From a bacterium (GTDB lineage: Bacteria > UBA8248): DNA of 64,000 bases. Positions 9,194-19,659 of this stretch are shown piece by piece. The notes below the pieces were generated by a model. That model was given only the letters and a program-made list of their open reading frames with translations. It did no database searches and was not told the origin of the DNA. The position numbers and the translations under genes are program-made. Within the stretch, counting starts at the first letter, position 1; every line of letters starts with the position of its first letter. The DNA is taken from assembly GCA_965203325.1 (NCBI GenBank), contig OZ241875.1, positions 1,856,001 through 1,920,000 of the forward strand. The letters run 5' to 3'.

Positions 9194-10975
9194 ATGAAGG
9201 TGCAAAAGGCAGGCGTCGTCGGTCTGGGTACGATGGGCTCGAACATCGCCATCGTATGCGCCCGGGGCGGCAAGGAGACGGTCGTATTCGAGGCGAACGC
9301 GCAGGCGATGGAGGCCGGCATGGGACGGGTGCGCTCGTTCGTCGACGCGGGCGTCGAGAAGGGCAAGACCACCCCCGAGGAGAGAGACGCGATGATGGGC
9401 CGGATCCATCAAGCCGATTCGCTCTCGGGGCTCGAGGATTGCGAACTGGTGATCGAGGCCATCACGGAAGACCGCGAGGAGAAGAACAAGCTGCTCCGCA
9501 GCCTGAACGCCGTTCTGGACGAGAGCGCCATCATCGCGTCCAATACGAGCACGCTCTCCATCTCCCACATGGGGGCGGCGTCGGGGCGGCCGGCCCGGAC
9601 CATCGGCACCCATTTCTGCCTGCCAGCGGCTCTCAACAAGCTCGTGGAGGTCGTCCCCGGCCTGCTTACGAGCGATGAGACCATAGCCGCGACGAGCGCC
9701 TTTCTGGAAGAGATCGGGCAGACGCCCGTGACGGTCAAGGACTGGCCCGGCTTCGTGCTCAACTACTTCCTCGTGGCGTTCCAGAACGACTGCATCCGCT
9801 TGATCGAGTCGGGCTATACGAACCCGGCGGACCTCGACGCGGGCGTGCGGCTCGGCCTGGGCTACAGGATGGGCCCCATGCGCCTGCTCGACATCGAGGG
9901 GCTGGACATCCACCGCACGGTTTCGCTCTCGATGTACGAACAACTGAAAGACCCGCGCTACATCCCCCCGCCGCTGGTGGACCGCATGATAGACGCAGGC
10001 CATCTGGGCGCGAAAACGGGCAAGGGGTTTTACACCTATAAGTCCGCTGGCGTGTTCGGCGTCGCGGAACCCGAAGAAGACACCGCCAATGCGCGCGACC
10101 TCTCCCGCGGTCAGCCCATCGCGGACGCGGTGAAGAAAGTGGGCGTCATCGGTCTGGGCGCCATGGGGTCGGGCATCGCGCAGGTCTGCATCACCGCAGG
10201 GCTGGAAGTAACCGGCATAGAGGTGAACCCGGAGGCCCTCGAAGCGGGCCTCACCCGTATCCGCCGGAACCTGGACGGCGCGGTCAAGCGCGGCAAGATG
10301 GACGAGGCCCGGAAAGAGGCGACGCTCGCGCGCCTCGGCGGTTCGACCGATCTGGGAGAGCTTGCGGACTGCGACCTCATCATCGAGGTGATCGTGGAGA
10401 ACTTGGGCGCCAAACTCGAACTCTTCGAAAAGCTGGGAGAAATCGCGAAAGAAGGCGCCGTCATCGCGTCCAACACCTCGTGCCTCTCCGTAACCGCCAT
10501 GGCGGCGAAGACGAAAGCCCCCGAGCGCGTGGTGGGCCTTCACTTCTTCAACCCGCCCTACGCCATGCGGCTCGTCGAGGTGATCGAGGCCGTCCAGACG
10601 GCGCCCGAGATCACCGAGTTCGGAATCGCGTTCTGCCACCGCATCGGCAAGACGCCCATTCCCGTCAAGGACAGGCCGGGATTTCTGGTGAACCGCCTGC
10701 TCGTGCCCTACCTCAACCACGCCGCGCATGCGTATGACGAAGGCCTCGCGGACAGGGAGAGCATGGACAAGGCCATCAGCATGGGCCTCGGCCACCCGAT
10801 GGGGCCGCTCACGCTCATCGACCTCGTCGGAATCGATGTGCAGACTTTCGTCGCCGATTCGATGGCCGAAGAGCTGGGCGAGGCGAGGTTCTACGCGCCG
10901 CCCATCCTGCGGCGGATGACCTCGGCGGGGTGGCTCGGGAGAAAGACGGGCAAGGGTTTTTATGACTACGAATAG
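9194..10975 (+). CDS. 3-hydroxyacyl-CoA dehydrogenase, internally duplicated (two full NAD-binding + C-terminal units)
   Basis: Two GLGxMG Rossmann motifs, two SNTS, HF..P...LVE, GxKTGKGFY. Confidence 0.9.
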   Translation: MKVQKAGVVGLGTMGSNIAIVCARGGKETVVFEANAQAMEAGMGRVRSFVDAGVEKGKTTPEERDAMMGRIHQADSLSGLEDCELVIEAITEDREEKNKLLRSLNAVLDESAIIASNTSTLSISHMGAASGRPARTIGTHFCLPAALNKLVEVVPGLLTSDETIAATSAFLEEIGQTPVTVKDWPGFVLNYFLVAFQNDCIRLIESGYTNPADLDAGVRLGLGYRMGPMRLLDIEGLDIHRTVSLSMYEQLKDPRYIPPPLVDRMIDAGHLGAKTGKGFYTYKSAGVFGVAEPEEDTANARDLSRGQPIADAVKKVGVIGLGAMGSGIAQVCITAGLEVTGIEVNPEALEAGLTRIRRNLDGAVKRGKMDEARKEATLARLGGSTDLGELADCDLIIEVIVENLGAKLELFEKLGEIAKEGAVIASNTSCLSVTAMAAKTKAPERVVGLHFFNPPYAMRLVEVIEAVQTAPEITEFGIAFCHRIGKTPIPVKDRPGFLVNRLLVPYLNHAAHAYDEGLADRESMDKAISMGLGHPMGPLTLIDLVGIDVQTFVADSMAEELGEARFYAPPILRRMTSAGWLGRKTGKGFYDYE

Positions 10976-11046
10976 GCGCGCCCGCTAGCCGCCCCGGATT
11001 CCACGATGCGCATCGCCGCCACGTCCATCCAACGGGGAGAGGAGCG

Positions 11047-12000
11047 ATGAGCCGCGCATTCCCAAAACCCGTCGTCGTGGTGAGCAAGTGCCTCGAATTC
11101 GAGGCCTGCCGCTACAACGGCGAGCGAATCTCCTCATCCTTCATCGAACGCCTGAAACCCCACGTGCGCTTCCGGCCTGTCTGCCCCGAGGTGGAAATCG
11201 GCCTCGGTACGCCGAGGGACCCGATACGAATCCATTTGCAAGACGAGCGGAAGGCCCTCTACCAGCCGAGCACGCGCAAACACCTGACTCAGGACATGAA
11301 CGCCTTTTCGAAGCGCTATCTCGCAGGTCTCGAAGAAGTCGACGGCTTCATTCTCAAGGCGAAATCCCCGTCGTGCGCGATAACCGACGCGAAGATATTT
11401 CCCACAGCTGCTTCCGCGAACCATACCGCTCTGGGAGCGGGCCTGTTCGCTGGCGCCGCGCTGGAGAGATTCGGCGCGCGCGCTTTCGCCGACGAGGCCG
11501 GTCTGAACGAGCCGAGCGTTCGCGGGGGTTTCCTCACGAAAATCTTCGCGCTCGCCGCCTTCCGCGAAGTCAAAATCCAAGGGAGTATGAACGGACTCGT
11601 CCGCTACCACGCGGAGAACAAGCTCCTGTTCATGGCCTATCACCAAGAAACCATGCGCGAGATGGGCCGAATCGCGGCGAACCACGAAAAACATGCGTTC
11701 GGCGAGGCCGCCGCCCGATACGAAGACGCGCTCCTGCGGCTCCTCGTCCGTACGCCCGGCCAAGCCTCATGGGTCAACGCCCTCAACCACGCCTTCGGGC
11801 ATTTGTCCGAAAAAATCACCGCAAGTGATAAGGCGCACTTCCTGGCTACGTTTGAGGAATACCGCGCGGGGAGAATCCCGTTGGATGGGCCGCTCGATAT
11901 GCTTCGGGAGTGGAGTAAGCGCCTGGGTTCGGAGTACCTGGAGGCGCAGACGATGTTTGAACCTTACCCGAGGGAGTTGGATGGGGAGGACGCGGCATGA
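11047..12000 (+). CDS. YbgA-family protein (DUF523 2-thiouracil desulfurase-like + DUF1722)
   Basis: SKCL...CRYNG, PVCPEVEIGLGTPR, LKAKSPSC, YHAENKLLFMAY, YLEAQTMFEPYP. Confidence 0.9.
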   Translation: MSRAFPKPVVVVSKCLEFEACRYNGERISSSFIERLKPHVRFRPVCPEVEIGLGTPRDPIRIHLQDERKALYQPSTRKHLTQDMNAFSKRYLAGLEEVDGFILKAKSPSCAITDAKIFPTAASANHTALGAGLFAGAALERFGARAFADEAGLNEPSVRGGFLTKIFALAAFREVKIQGSMNGLVRYHAENKLLFMAYHQETMREMGRIAANHEKHAFGEAAARYEDALLRLLVRTPGQASWVNALNHAFGHLSEKITASDKAHFLATFEEYRAGRIPLDGPLDMLREWSKRLGSEYLEAQTMFEPYPRELDGEDAA

Positions 12001-12035
12001 GAGGAGCGGTCCGCCGTGTGCGGGCCGGTGGGCTG

Positions 12036-12818
12036 TTATTCGATCGAAAACGACCAGACGTAACCCAGGGAAACGCTCCATTCCGAGGCGTCGAACTCGT
12101 AGCGGAGCCTCGGTCTGTCCAAAGCCGAGCCGTCCCCCCCGCCGACGAAGTCGAAATCGTAGCGCGCGTAACTCACCCGCAAGTCGAACCGGCCCCGCGC
12201 GCCCCCGAACTCCACCCCGGCCCCGATCAGCCACGGGGTCGCGGTGACGTCCTCGCGCCTGACGCCCGATACCCCCCTCCCGTTGTCGTGCCCCGCCTCG
12301 ACCCGTGCTTCGAGCCGGCGCATTCCGGCGAGCAGATAGAGCGAGCGGCCCGCGCCCAGAAAATCCAGGGACTCAGGCGCGTAACCCGCCTTGACGTTGA
12401 AACCAAAGTCGCTGCGCTTCTCGAAGGTCCACGCCCCGGGCCAGACATCGTGGTCTTCCGTCCCGGTTCCCCTCTCCAGAAAACCCGATACACCCCCCTC
12501 GGGGTGGAACGCGGCCTCGACCTCGCCCGAAAGATAGAATCGACCGGGCAGCATGCGGCGGTATCCCGCGAACGCCCGGAGGGAGTGTATCGCGTCGCGC
12601 GCGTCGTCTTCCGCCTCCCTGTAGGAGGCCGGCGGCAAGTCGATGCCGACGGACTTGGCGTAATCCACCCGGACGCTCGAATGTTCGACCGCGATTCCGG
12701 CGTATACCCCCTCGGCGGCGTCCGCGGCCCGGCGCGCCGGGCCGGCCGTCAGGAAAAGCGTCAGGAGAACGGCGGCGGCGAAAAACCGCCGCGGGCGGCT
12801 CGAACCTCGCATGATCAT
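12036..12818 (-). CDS. outer-membrane beta-barrel protein
   Basis: Signal peptide, alternating strands (GVYAGIA, FNVKAGY, GAGVEF, DLRVSYA), C-terminal SVSLGYVWSF; start uncertain. Confidence 0.7.
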   Translation of the reverse strand: MIMRGSSRPRRFFAAAVLLTLFLTAGPARRAADAAEGVYAGIAVEHSSVRVDYAKSVGIDLPPASYREAEDDARDAIHSLRAFAGYRRMLPGRFYLSGEVEAAFHPEGGVSGFLERGTGTEDHDVWPGAWTFEKRSDFGFNVKAGYAPESLDFLGAGRSLYLLAGMRRLEARVEAGHDNGRGVSGVRREDVTATPWLIGAGVEFGGARGRFDLRVSYARYDFDFVGGGDGSALDRPRLRYEFDASEWSVSLGYVWSFSIE

Positions 12819-13163
12819 GAAAAATCTCCCGCGACAAAACGAAAAAAACATTCCCGGCGGCAGTATGACGACCGAGGAAGGCTTCGTCAAAACCCGAACT
12901 GCACCGAGGGTGACGAGGGAGGGGCGTGGGGGGCGGGCGCGCAGAGAGATTGCGGAAGGGGTGTTGGGGGTCGTAGGGGCGGACCCGTTTGTCCACCCGA
13001 GGGTGGGGAATTGCCCGTTTACAGGAATAAAGGTAGTCGCCATGCCGCCGCCGCGCGCGCCTTACGCCGAAGGCCGATACAGGGTATTATCCGGCTGCCG
13101 GTTTTGCTGAGAAATGAACCAACCCGCCCTTGCCCGTAGATGGACTCAAGGAGATTCTCCCGC

Positions 13164-16028
13164 ATGGAAAGGGCGTCCACGATAGAGCAAGTGTTCAATT
13201 TCGCGTTCGGCGACGTACTGCGCGGGAAGCATCCGCTTTGGATGGACGCCATCGGCGTCGAACAAACCCATGTCCTGCAAGGCTCGGCGGGCAAGCATCC
13301 CGACCTGATTCTCTCGCCTCCGGGAACCTCGCCAGTGGCGATTGAAACGGAATTCACCCCTGCTGTCACGGTGGAGGAAGACGCCGCTTCCCGCTTGGGC
13401 AAACGCCTGGCGAGCGACGGCAGAAGGATAGAGAACGCCGTTGCGATCCGGGTTCCAGCCGAATTGCGGACAGTCGAGCAGAGTGGAATCGCGGACGCCG
13501 TTAGGCAAGCGGATTTCACCTATTGCGTTCTTTCAGAAACGAAAACCCAAGATATCCAAAGGTGGCCCGAGCATGGCTGGCTCCAAGGCGACATCGACGA
13601 CGTGGCGAACTGCCTGGAATCGGTGAGCCTCTCCGAATCCCTGGTATCAAGGACTACGGACATTCTTGAGGAGGGAGTTACTCAGGCCGCCAACATTTTG
13701 AAGGAAACGGATGAGAGCGTACAGCAAAAAATCGCTGCGCATCTGCACCAATCGCCGGGGGAGCAGACCAACCGCATGGCGGTCGCCATCATCGCAAACG
13801 CCGCCGTGTTTCATACGCGCATAGAGGGACGGCAGGGGATTCCCTTGATTGGCGGATTAGAGGGTTCGACGGGATTCATCAATACGGAAGTCATCCGCTG
13901 TTGGCGGTGGATCATCGAAAACGTCAACTACTGGCCGATATTCAAGATCGCGTCTGATTTGCTAAGTAACATACCAACGGCGCAAGCGAATCAAGTATTG
14001 GACCTGCTATATAAGACGGCGTCCAAACTAGCGAATATGGGTGCTACGAGCCTGAACGATCTTTCCGGGCGCATGTTCCAGAAACTCATCGCCGACAGGA
14101 AATTTCTCGCCACTTTCTATACGCTGCCAGTGTCCGCCACATTGCTTGCCGAACTTACCGCCTCCCGACTGCAAACGGAATGGCAAAGCTCAGATGCAGT
14201 GAAGAGTTTGAGAGTCGCCGACCTCGCCTGCGGAACCGGAACCCTCATCGGCGCTCTCTACCACGCCATTCTGTCCCGCCACCGCCGGACGGGACGCGAC
14301 GACGCCGAGGTGCATTCCGCCATGGTCGAGGGCTCTCTCTACGCTTTCGACATAATGCCAGCCGCAACGCACCTGGCGGCCTCCACCCTGTCGAACGCCC
14401 ATCCGAGCGTCGTTTTCGGAACCACCAGAATCGTCACCATGCCCTACGGCTACGACGAAAACAGACATCCCCACATCGGTTCACTGGACCTCATGGATCA
14501 GGTATTCATCACGCCCCTTCTCAGCCTGGGGGAGGAGAGAATCGCCGGCCGCGGGAACGAGGAAACGCAAAAGATCGGCGTCGAGCACGAGTTGTTCGAC
14601 GTCGTGATCATGAATCCGCCCTTCACCAACCCGACCAACCACGAAAAGGCGGAAGTCCCGATCCCCTCCTTTGCGGGCTTCAACACTTCCGAGGACGAGC
14701 AGAAGGCCATGAGTTCGCGGCTGAAGCAGATGCGCAAGAGCCTCCCGCAGCCCGTCGGCCACGGCAACGCCGGACTGGCTTCGAACTTCATCGATCTGGC
14801 CCACGTCAAGCTGAAGCCGGGCGGCGTTCTGGCGCTGGTGCTGCCCGCCACCTTCGCCCAAGGCGAATCGTGGAACGCCGCTCGGAATCTGCTGGCGGGT
14901 CATTACGAGGACGTAACCATCGCAACCATCGCCGGCGAAGGCGCGACCGAGCGCGCCTTTTCCGCCGACACCGGCATGGCCGAAGTGCTGGTCGTCGCCG
15001 CTAAAAAGATCGACAAAGACCGGAAATCCACTTTCCAGTTCGTCAATATACTGCGTCGTCCGGCGCATCACGTCGAAGCGGTCGAGTTGGCGAAGTTCAT
15101 GGCCGGGGTGGACCGCCGGGCGGGTACCGGACGCATCGCCATCGGAAGCGAGGCCAGCAACGGCAGTTACGTGAACGCGAAACAATTCAGTTGCGGCTGC
15201 GCGGGCGTGGCGGAAGCCGACCTCAGCGGGTTCATGCTGTCGCTGTTAAGCGGAACTCTCGTAGCCCCTCGAACAAAGGCCGAGATGACCTTGCCCATCG
15301 CTCCGCTGGGCGCACTGGGAAGTCGAGGGCTGTTGCATCGAGATCTTGCCGGAGCGCCTCCGCGAGGGTTGTTCGACAAATCGCCTTTGCGGCCGGGGCA
15401 GGTTCCCACCTACCCCGCGCTCTGGAGACATGATGCGAGGCGCGAGCGCTCCTTTATGGTGAAAGAAGACTCCGAATTACTGGCGCGGAGGGGTTACGAG
15501 AGCAAGGCGGCCGACGCCTGGAAGCGCTTCGCCTCCCGACTCCACTTGACGCTCGACTTCCGAATCAACTCGCAAAGCCTGGCGGCGTGCCTGACGCCGG
15601 AGAAGGCCCTAGGCGGTAGGGCTTGGCCGAACTTCATTCTGGAGGATGGGGCGCACGAAATCCCCGTCCTGCTCTGGCTGAACTCGACGCTCGGGCTGAT
15701 GGGCTATTGGTGGGAGGGAACCAGGCAACAACTCGGACGGACAGTAGTAACAATTTCCGCCCTGCCCTCAATACCTTCAATCGACGTACGACAAGTCGAC
15801 AAGACAATGCTCGCAAAAGCCGACGCCTTGTTCGAGCGCTTCCGCGGCGCGGAGTTCCTGCCCGCGAATGAGAGCTACCACGACCCCGCCAGGAAGGCTC
15901 TCGACGAGGCCCTGCTCGTGGAGTTGCTCGGAGTTCCGAAGGATATCGCGGACGAATTCGACGTCATACGCCGCCAGTGGTGCGCCGAACCAAGCGTCCA
16001 CGGCGGGAAAAGCACGAAGCCTTATTAG
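13164..16028 (+). CDS. fused restriction-modification enzyme (Type IIG-like): nuclease + amino-methyltransferase + TRD
   Basis: N-terminal PDL...IETE; motif I DLACGTGTL; motif IV MNPPF; LKPGGVLALVLP; AAGGAG RBS before ATG 13164. Confidence 0.85.
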   Translation: MERASTIEQVFNFAFGDVLRGKHPLWMDAIGVEQTHVLQGSAGKHPDLILSPPGTSPVAIETEFTPAVTVEEDAASRLGKRLASDGRRIENAVAIRVPAELRTVEQSGIADAVRQADFTYCVLSETKTQDIQRWPEHGWLQGDIDDVANCLESVSLSESLVSRTTDILEEGVTQAANILKETDESVQQKIAAHLHQSPGEQTNRMAVAIIANAAVFHTRIEGRQGIPLIGGLEGSTGFINTEVIRCWRWIIENVNYWPIFKIASDLLSNIPTAQANQVLDLLYKTASKLANMGATSLNDLSGRMFQKLIADRKFLATFYTLPVSATLLAELTASRLQTEWQSSDAVKSLRVADLACGTGTLIGALYHAILSRHRRTGRDDAEVHSAMVEGSLYAFDIMPAATHLAASTLSNAHPSVVFGTTRIVTMPYGYDENRHPHIGSLDLMDQVFITPLLSLGEERIAGRGNEETQKIGVEHELFDVVIMNPPFTNPTNHEKAEVPIPSFAGFNTSEDEQKAMSSRLKQMRKSLPQPVGHGNAGLASNFIDLAHVKLKPGGVLALVLPATFAQGESWNAARNLLAGHYEDVTIATIAGEGATERAFSADTGMAEVLVVAAKKIDKDRKSTFQFVNILRRPAHHVEAVELAKFMAGVDRRAGTGRIAIGSEASNGSYVNAKQFSCGCAGVAEADLSGFMLSLLSGTLVAPRTKAEMTLPIAPLGALGSRGLLHRDLAGAPPRGLFDKSPLRPGQVPTYPALWRHDARRERSFMVKEDSELLARRGYESKAADAWKRFASRLHLTLDFRINSQSLAACLTPEKALGGRAWPNFILEDGAHEIPVLLWLNSTLGLMGYWWEGTRQQLGRTVVTISALPSIPSIDVRQVDKTMLAKADALFERFRGAEFLPANESYHDPARKALDEALLVELLGVPKDIADEFDVIRRQWCAEPSVHGGKSTKPY

Positions 16029-16108
16029 GAGCGCGACGCGGCAGTGGAGAAGATGAATCGGGGAGATTGAACTTGGCGATTACCGGATAATATCGAAGTA
16101 TCCCGAAT

Positions 16109-16984
16109 TCAAACAAAAGAATTTAAAGGAACGTGAATCCCGCTTTTCTCCTCTGCGGCGTAGAACTGTTCATCTATAACCTGAAACCTGAATCGAGCCG
16201 AATTGGGTAGGACGACGGATTTCTCAAGGGCATCCGCCGCGATTTCTTCAATGTTATCAATAATCCATTGTTGCGCCGAATCAAACCAATGAAGGTGATA
16301 ACTTACTTTTACATAATCAAGGACATTCGTTCCTGCGAATGTAACTCCTCCACCCGGAGGGTGATAAGAAATTCCATCTTCTACTTCTATGCAATAGTTT
16401 ATGTTTTTCTTCCGTAGAACCTTGATTTCTTTGTCGCTTAATTGGTTTCCCTGTATCCCGTTGAGACGAAATTGGCTTATTAAATCCGGCCAATTCTCGT
16501 GCATTATTTTCAGCAACTTCTGAGATGTGAAATCATCGTGTGAAAGAACATCAATAAAATATGCATTTTCTTCTTCGAAGCGACAATATAGCAAGGGGCC
16601 GGTGCGCTCCATGAACCCGTCCGCTTCTGCCCTCATCCCGAGATGAAGATGATGAATCCCCCAATCATTCAGCAAATGGTCATCGTAATTCGCATCCCGA
16701 ATCCTCCTGCTTAAGCAGGGGATGATATCACCACCGCTTTCGATAATGCGTTCGATCCTCGCCAGAGCATTGCAATGTTCGTGAGGGCAAGAGAAATTCT
16801 TCGACTTGAGTACTTGGCGAGGCTCTGGAGATATCAACCGCCTGCATACACCGAAGTAAACGCGCACCAATTCGCCATCATCGACAATACTGGCTACGTT
16901 ATATCCGATCCGGACGAGTTCAGCGCGCAAAAGTATCGCAAAATCATGAAATAGGTCCATCTCGACATATCTTGGCTCAGTCAT
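16109..16984 (-). CDS. conserved hypothetical protein (LLNDWGIHHLHLG motif; possible RelE-like RNase fold)
   Basis: 291 aa AT-rich ORF within the defence island; fold call is inference. Confidence 0.55.
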   Translation of the reverse strand: MTEPRYVEMDLFHDFAILLRAELVRIGYNVASIVDDGELVRVYFGVCRRLISPEPRQVLKSKNFSCPHEHCNALARIERIIESGGDIIPCLSRRIRDANYDDHLLNDWGIHHLHLGMRAEADGFMERTGPLLYCRFEEENAYFIDVLSHDDFTSQKLLKIMHENWPDLISQFRLNGIQGNQLSDKEIKVLRKKNINYCIEVEDGISYHPPGGGVTFAGTNVLDYVKVSYHLHWFDSAQQWIIDNIEEIAADALEKSVVLPNSARFRFQVIDEQFYAAEEKSGIHVPLNSFV

Positions 16985-17091
16985 ATTTCCACCTTAACGT
17001 CTGACCCATACGATAAAAAGCGGTCGGCGCTCGCGACCATATAGCGGAGGGGCTAGGATTTCGTCAAACTCAGGTTATCAAGTGAAGCGAA

Positions 17092-17116
17092 AGGGCGGCT
17101 CGCGAGCCGCCCCTAC
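17092..17116. repeat. GTAG-type REP palindrome
   Basis: AGGGCGGCTCGCGAGCCGCCCCTAC; near-identical copy at 60311-60338. Confidence 0.7.
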
Positions 17117-17298
17117 GGAAGATCAAAGCCCCTCCATCGCCGGCGAAGAATACTCCCTCCTTAAAAGCCAATCCCGAAGCGCGAGAAAAATGCGTAGGGG
17201 GTGGGTTCCGATCACTCCCGGAGTCAGATGCTTCCATAAACCGGAGGAGCGGAGAAAAGGGATATCCGCGTTTCATGTTTCGAAAAAAAGCAGACGGA

Positions 17299-17868
17299 TT
17301 ATCCGTTATCGTGCGCGTCAACGGCCAAAAGATGCTCGCGTTCATGGAGATTTTCGACCTCACCACGAACATCCGCCAAGTTGAGATGCGGCTTGATTTT
17401 GAAAACCTTTTCGGAGAGTTCATCCATTGAATTTCGAGAACCCCGCTCTTTCGCGCTCCGGTCCACAAAGACGATGGTGCTGATCATTTCCAGTTCGCCC
17501 GCGTTTCTGGAGCCGAACTCCTGTACTACCGAGGCGATATCCCGCTCGTATTTCTCAAGAAATTCCTGAGCGAGATTCTTCAATTGCTCGCCTTTGGGGC
17601 CGAGTGAATACTCATAACCATATCCGCCGGGAAAAGGAACCAGTGTCCCCTCGACCGCGTCCAACGCTTCGGCATAACTCAAGTCGTCCAGCACGCAGGA
17701 ATCGAAAGGGCCGTAGGTGTACAGCGTAAAGCGGTAGTCGAGCGGTACGCTTTTGAGTTCCTTCAAGAAATAAGCGAATTTCATCAGCGCGGTTCGCCCG
17801 GCTTTTCCCTTGCTTTTTTCAACCAGACTGCAAATCAGGCCCAGTCTCTTCCAAACGGAATCATCCAT
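17299..17868 (-). CDS. YwgA/SocA(DUF4065)-like winged-helix protein
   Basis: GRTALMKFAYFL...LDYRFTLYTYGPFD...LEMIST; overlaps the stop of the HD gene. Confidence 0.7.
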   Translation of the reverse strand: MDDSVWKRLGLICSLVEKSKGKAGRTALMKFAYFLKELKSVPLDYRFTLYTYGPFDSCVLDDLSYAEALDAVEGTLVPFPGGYGYEYSLGPKGEQLKNLAQEFLEKYERDIASVVQEFGSRNAGELEMISTIVFVDRSAKERGSRNSMDELSEKVFKIKPHLNLADVRGEVENLHEREHLLAVDAHDNG

Positions 17869-19141
17869 TGCCGCTCCCCCTTTCTCTCAGCCTCTGATTG
17901 GCTTTTTCCCGCTCTTCGGCTTTCACATATAACCTAATCTGATGAATCGGTTTGATGCTGCTCGCCACGGACGAAAAAGCTGAAAGCGGTTTTCTCTCGC
18001 GAACAGGATTTTCAGTGAAAATGGGAATATCGGAGCTACGAGTATTGTACCAGGATTTTTCCGCCGGGATTTCCGCAGCGACCAGTCCACCCAATTCCTC
18101 TCTTTGCTCCTTCAACTTTTCTTTATCCTCGGGGCTTGGTATTTCGGGCGTATGCCATATCTCCCGGTAATGATCCCGCTCAAGAATTCGCCGCCCGTGT
18201 TCGCCGCCTTCGCCATTTTTCATAGCGCCCAGCACCCGCCAATCGTCCCAATCGAGATATTCATCAAGATGGTCCGAAGTCGGCGGTGGGAAGCGCCCAT
18301 CGGGGAGAATTTTCTTGAGCGCTTCTTTGAGATGGTAGTCGTAGGCGACGCGGGTTTTATGAAAATAGACTTGCGTAAACATGAAGTAGCGAGCAAGAAT
18401 CAAGCCTTCCGCCGCGTGCAATCCGCCCTCGGACACCCCGAGGGCCGGACTTCCGCCATTCACGCCCGGAACCGCTTCGATTGTTTGGACAAGGCGCCGC
18501 CAATCGAAACGGCCATAATCGACTCCCGCATGATGCGAATCCCGGAGGAGATAATCCATCCGGTCCGCATCCATCTGGCTCGTTACGAGACCACGCCAAA
18601 ACAGCGCACTTTCGGTGTCTGCGCTTCCTTCCAGAAGCGCAGCGACATCATCGGCAGTAAATCCGTAATTGTTATTCGCGCGATGACTGCCGATGACATC
18701 CGCAAAGCGATGGCGTATGACAGTTGCGGAATACTCTTCATGCGCATACGGCTCTCCCGAGCCGGAATCCTCTTTGCGCGGAAAGATTTCTTCTCCGGCG
18801 TGTGAAAACGGGGAGTGGCCGACGTCATGAAGCAGCGCCGTCAATCGAACCAGGGCGCGATGTCTTCCAAGGCCCTCTTCGTTATAACCAAACGTACTTT
18901 CCAGCAGGTCTCTGGAGCGCTCCATAATTCCGTCATAAAGCAACGTCGCCATGTGCATGACGCCGAGCGAGTGCTCGAAGCGCGTGTGCATCGCTCCGGG
19001 GTAGACATAGTTCGTGAAGGCGAGTTGGCCGATGCGCCTCAGCCGCTGAAACGCAGGTTGGGAGACGACCTCCCTCTCCCATTCAGAAAGGGTGATGAAC
19101 CCGTAAATCGGGCACCTGAACTCGAATGTCTTTTGACTCAA
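17861..19141 (-). CDS. SAMHD1/YwfO-like HD-domain dNTP triphosphohydrolase
   Basis: FQRLRRIGQL, YPGAMHTRFEHSLG, LLHDVGHSPFSH, DADRMDYLLRD, ARYFMFTQVYFHK. Confidence 0.92.
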   Translation of the reverse strand: MSQKTFEFRCPIYGFITLSEWEREVVSQPAFQRLRRIGQLAFTNYVYPGAMHTRFEHSLGVMHMATLLYDGIMERSRDLLESTFGYNEEGLGRHRALVRLTALLHDVGHSPFSHAGEEIFPRKEDSGSGEPYAHEEYSATVIRHRFADVIGSHRANNNYGFTADDVAALLEGSADTESALFWRGLVTSQMDADRMDYLLRDSHHAGVDYGRFDWRRLVQTIEAVPGVNGGSPALGVSEGGLHAAEGLILARYFMFTQVYFHKTRVAYDYHLKEALKKILPDGRFPPPTSDHLDEYLDWDDWRVLGAMKNGEGGEHGRRILERDHYREIWHTPEIPSPEDKEKLKEQREELGGLVAAEIPAEKSWYNTRSSDIPIFTENPVRERKPLSAFSSVASSIKPIHQIRLYVKAEEREKANQRLRERGSGNG

Positions 19142-19659
19142 GAATTGCGCCGTTTCATCAGTTTTGGAGGGAGGCGGATTACAATTTTTCTTATTATATT
19201 CTAATTTATATCGTCATTTATTCTATGTCAACGAAATGAATCCCTATCAAAATCATCGGGAAAAGGCAGGAAGCAGTCCCCCCTCACCCCGCATTTCCCC
19301 GCAATTGCCGTACTCTGTGAAAACCCGGACTGCGCTATCGTGCGCGCGACGAAGAAAAGCGGTAATCGCCGCCCACGCGCCGTCATCAGAAAGGGGCGGG
19401 AATCGTTTCGAGGAGAGAAATCATGCTCATGGATTCGGGAATGACGATGGGAATGAAAATAATGATATTTCTTGAAAAATTCGATAAATTCACGGGGTTT
19501 TTCGATAAATTTCTGAAAAATAATGTCCAGATAAGCGATTGTAATCAAAAGGGTTATCACATAAATCTTAGTGTGGCGCACTCACATTCAGCGGCAAAAA
19601 AAGTTTTTCGCCTCCCGCGCATTTGCCCGCATTTGCCCGCAACAGGGTTCAGCCCCGCA

